Below are positions 59,688 through 64,000 of a stretch of DNA of 64,000 bases, piece by piece. The translations under genes were made by a program, and so were the position numbers. Below the pieces are notes generated by a model. That model saw only the letters and a program-made list of their open reading frames with translations. It searched no databases and had not been told where the DNA came from. Every line of letters begins with the position of its first letter. Position 1 is the first letter of the stretch. Source of the DNA: Chthoniobacterales bacterium (GTDB lineage Bacteria > Verrucomicrobiota > Verrucomicrobiia > Chthoniobacterales > Chthoniobacteraceae); the NCBI GenBank assembly GCA_038207335.1, contig JBBQZX010000026.1:1-64000 (forward strand). Reading direction: 5' to 3'.

Positions 59688-59901
59688 AACAACACGTATG
59701 AGCAACCAAGCATACGCAGAAATCTGCGAGCACGGTGACGGCGACACGCCGCCGCCCCAACACCCGGCGCGATTGAGAGATCGACGCTGCGCGCCGGGAA
59801 AGAAACAGCCGATTGACCTAAAGCAACTTTGAACGGCGCAATGGTCAATCGGCTGGAAACTCGGATCGTCGGGCGAGGGGAAACCCCGCCTTGAACCCTA
59901 A

Positions 59902-59999
59902 GCAGGCGTGGCGCAAATGGAAGACGCGGAGGACTTGGAATCCTCTGGGTGCCTCTGATCAGGAATACACCCATGCGAGTTCGACTCTCGTCGCCTGCA
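59902..59999 (+). tRNA. Non-standard tRNA: Leu-type class II body with TGG (Pro) anticodon
   Basis: Acceptor GCAGGCG/CGCCTGC + A73; D-arm TGGCGCAAATGGAAGACGCG; anticodon arm GAGGA-CTTGGAA-TCCTC; variable arm TGGGTG-N16-CACCCA; T-arm GCGAG-TTCGACT-CTCGT. Confidence 0.85.
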
Positions 60000-60051
60000 A
60001 CCTCAACGTCGAATTTTAGCACTAAAAGTCAACGATGAATTGCAGCACGCT

Positions 60052-61032
60052 TCATTTCTGCTCCGCCAAAGGCTTGTATGTGAGGCGTTTGCCTTCGACT
60101 TTTTTCAGTCCGGCAACCGTGCGCTCTCCGTCTGAAACCTTGCGGTGATTCCAGCGGAAATCGAATTCTGCAACGTATTTCGGCAGGTGCTTTTTGGAAA
60201 TGTGGTGGAAATTTCCGGCGATTCCACGCCGCAAAAGGCTGAATGAGCTTTCCGCGTAGTTTGTCGTGACAACCTCGCCGTCCGCCTCGATGCGGTGATA
60301 CTCTCGCTTGCCGCGCAGCTTTGCGTGACGCACTGACTTGTGGACGAACTCTTTCGGTAAATTGATGTATGGCCGACTCTCATCGGTGTTGACCGTCGAT
60401 CCCGCTTCGACGTGATCTTGCACGGCTTTGTGCAATCCCTTGGCCGTTACTCGGTCAAGAACGACGGTTCGCCGGGTTCCAGTGGAACGCTCCACAAGCG
60501 CCACAACGCATGATTTTTCGGCGTGCGCTCCCGGACCGCGAAACTTCGCTTTTGTGCCGATATAGCACTCATCGACCTCGACGATTCCCGAGAGTTTGCC
60601 CTCGAAAATTGGATCGGTCATTGCGTGCCGAATCCGATGCGACATGAACCACGCTGTTTTGTAGCTTCCGAGACCAAGATGCCGTTGAAGCTGCTTTGCG
60701 CTCATGCCTTTTTTTGCGCCGCAAATCAGATACCAAGCAACAAGCCAGATGTTGAGCGGCACATGCGAATCCTCGAAAATCGTGCCGACCGTCACGCGGA
60801 ATTGTTTCGTGCATTGAGCGCATTGCCGAATCCCGACGCGGATTTTTTTTGCCGGATTTGATTTGAGATTCCAAAAGAGAAGCTGATCACTGTTTCCGCA
60901 ATGAGGGCACACGACGCCATTCTCCCACCGAATCGACTCCAAATATTTGATCGCCGTCTCTTCTGTGGAGAAGCGCAACATGATTTGCGGGAGCGTCAAA
61001 TCCTCTGGCGTTGGAAGCAATTTCGTCTTCAT
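60052..61032 (-). CDS. IS1595-family DDE transposase
   Basis: Zn ribbon CPHC...CAQC, HTH, catalytic EVDE, NTDE, TNYAES; YVAEFDFRWN. Confidence 0.96.
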   Translation of the reverse strand: MKTKLLPTPEDLTLPQIMLRFSTEETAIKYLESIRWENGVVCPHCGNSDQLLFWNLKSNPAKKIRVGIRQCAQCTKQFRVTVGTIFEDSHVPLNIWLVAWYLICGAKKGMSAKQLQRHLGLGSYKTAWFMSHRIRHAMTDPIFEGKLSGIVEVDECYIGTKAKFRGPGAHAEKSCVVALVERSTGTRRTVVLDRVTAKGLHKAVQDHVEAGSTVNTDESRPYINLPKEFVHKSVRHAKLRGKREYHRIEADGEVVTTNYAESSFSLLRRGIAGNFHHISKKHLPKYVAEFDFRWNHRKVSDGERTVAGLKKVEGKRLTYKPLAEQK

Positions 61033-61544
61033 GGAATCAAAATTCCATTTCTCTCAACATTTGTCAAGGGGATAATCGCGGCGGTTTTGCAACGGTACGG
61101 CTGTAAGGGCAGAAATCTGACACGACAACCGCACCAACACTCCTATTTCGTCATTTTTTCCCAAAAAAGCTGGCGAACCCGTGTGGTTTGATGTGCGCTA
61201 TTTAGCCCCTTAACGTGCGGGGAGCGGTGCTGTTGGCGCTGCCGATTGGATATGCTCGCGTATGTCTCGCGATACATCGGGCGAGTATGCTTAACGCCCC
61301 GTATGTGCATTTCTTTTATGTCTTCGGAGCGATGGAATGCTTCGTCTTCATCGACCCGATAACTGCGTCGCCTATCGGTGCGATTTTGTCGATCATTCCT
61401 TTGATTGTGGGGCCGCTAGTGATCTTAGCGAGTTCCTGCGTGATCTTCCGGCGGCACCGGAATTCCCGGTTTCACTCCGTTGCATTTTGGTGGGGAATGG
61501 CCTTATTTCACGATGTCCCTTCTGGAGGACCATGGCGCGTCCTT

Positions 61545-61898
61545 TTACTCGAAGTAGGTGTCCTCGTGGCTGTAGGGCGGGGCGCAGGGACAGAGGAAGC
61601 GGAGGGGGGTGGTGGCGGTGATGGTGTGCCGGGCGCCGGGCGGGATGAGGATGGCGTCGCCCGGGACGACGGGGCGGTGTTCGCCGTCGAGCTCCATGGT
61701 GCCGGTGCCGCTGAGGAGGAAGTAGATTTCCTCGCTAAGCCGGTGGTAGTGCCGCTGTGTGGATGCGCCGGCGGGGAGGGTGGCCTCGGCAAGGCTCTGG
61801 TGGGCGACGGGCGCGTTGGTGTGGTCGAGGATGCTGCGGATGGTGGACCCATCGGCGGTGGTGAAGGGCGCCTGCTGGTCGATGAGGCGGATGGTCAT
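61545..61898 (-). CDS. Cupin domain protein
   Basis: HYHRLSEEIY...G.G...IPPGARH. Confidence 0.9.
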   Translation of the reverse strand: MTIRLIDQQAPFTTADGSTIRSILDHTNAPVAHQSLAEATLPAGASTQRHYHRLSEEIYFLLSGTGTMELDGEHRPVVPGDAILIPPGARHTITATTPLRFLCPCAPPYSHEDTYFE

Positions 61899-61994
61899 GG
61901 GAAGGCGCGTGATTTTCGACGGAGCTCGGGGTGGGCGGGACCGACACGCGGGACGCGTTGCGCTACCGGAATTCCGCGGCTTGCACTATTAGGC

Positions 61995-62759
61995 TCACCG
62001 CGTGGGCGAGTAGTCGGTGGGCTTGAGGAAGAGGGATTTGACGCCGTCGGGGAGGGTGAGTGAGCCGCCGCCTTTTTGCTCGGAGGCGGCTTTGGCGGCG
62101 ATCCAGTCGGAGTCGGCGCGGAAGTCGGCCCAGGATTTTGTGGCGGCATCGGCGCTGGCGTGGGCGATCATGTAAACGAGGGTGTCGGCGGCGGCGGGCT
62201 GGCCGGGGAGGAGCTGCCAGTAGAAGAGGTTGGTGATGCCGTGCTTCGCGAAGAGGGACATGGTGTGGTCGCGGAAACGGGCGTGGAGGAGGGGGAGGTT
62301 GTTCGGCGTGGTGGTGTAGATGCGGCGCTCGAAGACGCGATCTTCACCGGGTTTGGAGGGCTTGATCTCAGGCGAGAAGTCGGTCGCTGACATGAAGAGC
62401 TGATCGACTTTGGTGACGAGCTTTCCACTGACCTCGGATGCGCTCTGGGCCTGCTTCCAGTCGGGGTCGGACATGAAGGCTTTCCATGAGACATCGCGCG
62501 CTTCGCGGCTGGGGTAGGCGAGGACGTAGATGAGGACGTTGTCGGTGTTCTCGATAGGGACCCAGTAGCCGATGTTGGTGATGCCGTGCTTTTCAAAGAG
62601 CGCCATCGTGTGGTCGCGGAAGCGGGCGTGGAGGGCATCGAGCTTGCCCTCGGCGGCGTGGTAGGTGCGCATTTCAAAGACGCGTGTGTCTTTGTCGGCG
62701 GCGACGAGGGAGGCGGTCGCGGTGAGGAGCAGGGCGGCGAGCAGGGCGAGGGATTTCAT
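61995..62759 (-). CDS. NIPSNAP family protein (two domains), secreted
   Basis: FEMRTY...RFRDHT..LF.KHGI repeated twice; signal peptide. Confidence 0.9.
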   Translation of the reverse strand: MKSLALLAALLLTATASLVAADKDTRVFEMRTYHAAEGKLDALHARFRDHTMALFEKHGITNIGYWVPIENTDNVLIYVLAYPSREARDVSWKAFMSDPDWKQAQSASEVSGKLVTKVDQLFMSATDFSPEIKPSKPGEDRVFERRIYTTTPNNLPLLHARFRDHTMSLFAKHGITNLFYWQLLPGQPAAADTLVYMIAHASADAATKSWADFRADSDWIAAKAASEQKGGGSLTLPDGVKSLFLKPTDYSPTR

Positions 62760-62833
62760 CGCCGTGATGATGCACGCCGGGCGCGGGCGAGGGAAGCGCC
62801 GCGGAGGGGAAAGGGAGGCGGAGCTTTACGGGC

Positions 62834-63175
62834 TCAGTCGAACCACTCGTCGGTGGGGTCGAATGCGGGGATGGGGATGTTGAGGACTTTCAACTTTCCA
62901 ATGGCGCGGTGACGGCAGCCGGGCTGGATCATGATGGAGGTGAGGGGGCGCACGGGGATCATCTCGCCATCGAGCTCGAGGAAGCCTTCGCCTTCGAGGA
63001 TGACGTAGAATTCGGTGAGCTTTTTGTGGTAGTGGGCGCGGGCGTCTTCGGCGATTTCGACGAGGTGGACGGTGGCGAGCGGATTCTCGGGAGTGGCGAA
63101 TCCGCGGCGGCTCCAGCCGCAGGGACAGCGCACGGGATCGAGGGTGTCAAGCTGAGTGACGGTGTACGGTTTCAT
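62834..63175 (-). CDS. Cupin domain protein
   Basis: HYHKKLTEFY...EGEG...IQPGCRH. Confidence 0.88.
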   Translation of the reverse strand: MKPYTVTQLDTLDPVRCPCGWSRRGFATPENPLATVHLVEIAEDARAHYHKKLTEFYVILEGEGFLELDGEMIPVRPLTSIMIQPGCRHRAIGKLKVLNIPIPAFDPTDEWFD

Positions 63176-64000
63176 GGTGAAGTTTGGACGGCGGCGGGAG
63201 CGCGGGAATTCAGGTGCTGGATTTTCGGGAAGGTGCGGAGAGCGTGTTGGAGTGCGGCGGGTGGCGCCGGAGCGGGAGAGTAGCGGAGTTGAATATAGAG
63301 ATGCGCGATTTTGCGAATGGAATCGGCGTGGAGCGGGAGTGCGGTCGCGGCGCGGATGGAGAAGTCGAGGGGGCCTTCGCCGGGCGCGCGCGTGAGTCCT
63401 GCGGAGGCGAGCTTTTTACAAAAACGAGCATAGGCCCGCGCCGCGGCATCGGTGGAGGAGCGCGCGGGCAGGCGAAGCCAGAGCGCGATCGCGGCGAGGA
63501 AGCAAACGACGCCGAGCCCGCACCAGAGCAGGATCGCGGGCCAGTCGCGATCGGTGAAGCCGAGGAGGCCGAGGAAGCTGCGCTGGCTTTCGTCGTCGAA
63601 GTTCAGGACGTGGAGATCCCATTGGTAGTTCAGGTTGTCCCATGTGAGCCGCAATGCGTTCAGAATCGCGCCGAGGCCGGGGGTGCGCGCGGCGAGATTC
63701 GGCGGGACGGCGGCGCTCGCGGGATGCGATTGGAGGAAGGATTCCATGCCTTCATTGAGGCGGTCGGGGGCGATTTGATTGAGCGCATCGATGCGCAACC
63801 AGCCTTCGCCGTTTCGCCAAACTTCGCACCATGCGTGGGCGGCGGACTGGCGGACGATGAGGTAGCTGCCCGCGACTTCGCCGCCGTGGTAGCCGATGAC
63901 GATGCGCGACGGAATGCCGCCGAGCCGCATGAGCGTGGCAAACGCAGCGGCGTAGTGCTCGCAGAAGCCGGTGCGATTTTGGAAAAGGAAATCATCGAGC
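63172..64000 (-). CDS. Transglutaminase-like (TgpA-type) protein, 5' part outside the window
   Basis: GFCEHYAAAFATLMR...PSRIVIGYHGG...AHAWCEVW...WLRID catalytic triad; C-terminal TM and DUF4129-like tail. Confidence 0.9.
   Translation of the reverse strand, partial: LDDFLFQNRTGFCEHYAAAFATLMRLGGIPSRIVIGYHGGEVAGSYLIVRQSAAHAWCEVWRNGEGWLRIDALNQIAPDRLNEGMESFLQSHPASAAVPPNLAARTPGLGAILNALRLTWDNLNYQWDLHVLNFDDESQRSFLGLLGFTDRDWPAILLWCGLGVVCFLAAIALWLRLPARSSTDAAARAYARFCKKLASAGLTRAPGEGPLDFSIRAATALPLHADSIRKIAHLYIQLRYSPAPAPPAALQHALRTFPKIQHLNSRAPAAVQTSP

Larger units (their letters stand above)
58929..61080 (-). mobile_element. IS1595-family element with passenger genes (2152 bp)
   Basis: TIRs CGCGATTATCCCGTTCACAAATGT and (reverse complement) CGCGATTATCCCCTTGACAAATGT, 22/24 identical; 8-bp TSD GCGGTTTT at 58921-58928 and 61081-61088. 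Confidence 0.95.

Noticed and set aside
59830..59897. Second tRNA gene upstream of the odd tRNA
   Set aside because: It contains TGGTCAA and CTGGAAA fragments, but no T-loop or acceptor stem could be built.
59902..59999. Selenocysteine tRNA, 8/4 or 9/3 allo-tRNA, or ordinary tRNA-Pro
   Set aside because: The anticodon is TGG, not TCA; the stems fit 7/5 geometry; and it lacks the C1:G72, G37 and short variable loop of tRNA-Pro.

Overview
GC-rich bacterial chromosomal segment. The gene families (LExRIAPA-type surface protein, Ser/Thr kinase-ECF sigma pair, DUF1080 protein) suggest a Verrucomicrobia/PVC organism; this is inference. The backbone is ordinary housekeeping and envelope content: clpX, pyrR-pyrB with a PyrR-binding leader, mrp, alr, amidase, PAP2-ArnT-GT2 cluster, uxaE sugar cluster, ABC-F, a two-component pair and tRNA-Cys. 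Two mobile elements stand out. (1) A ~6.5 kb element at 2742-9308 is bounded by a 28-bp direct repeat of the tRNA-Gly 3' end. It encodes a tyrosine integrase, an excisionase-like HTH, a minimal HUH rolling-circle Rep, an Xre regulator, a PIN toxin module and orphan cargo, and is punctuated by four copies of a 25-bp palindrome. (2) A 2152-bp IS1595-family element at 58929-61080 (24-bp TIRs, 8-bp TSD) carries passenger ORFs and a non-standard tRNA gene (59902-59999) with a tRNA-Leu-type body but a proline (TGG) anticodon. This candidate mobile mistranslating tRNA is the most striking observation. All calls are from manual motif reading; no database searches were run.
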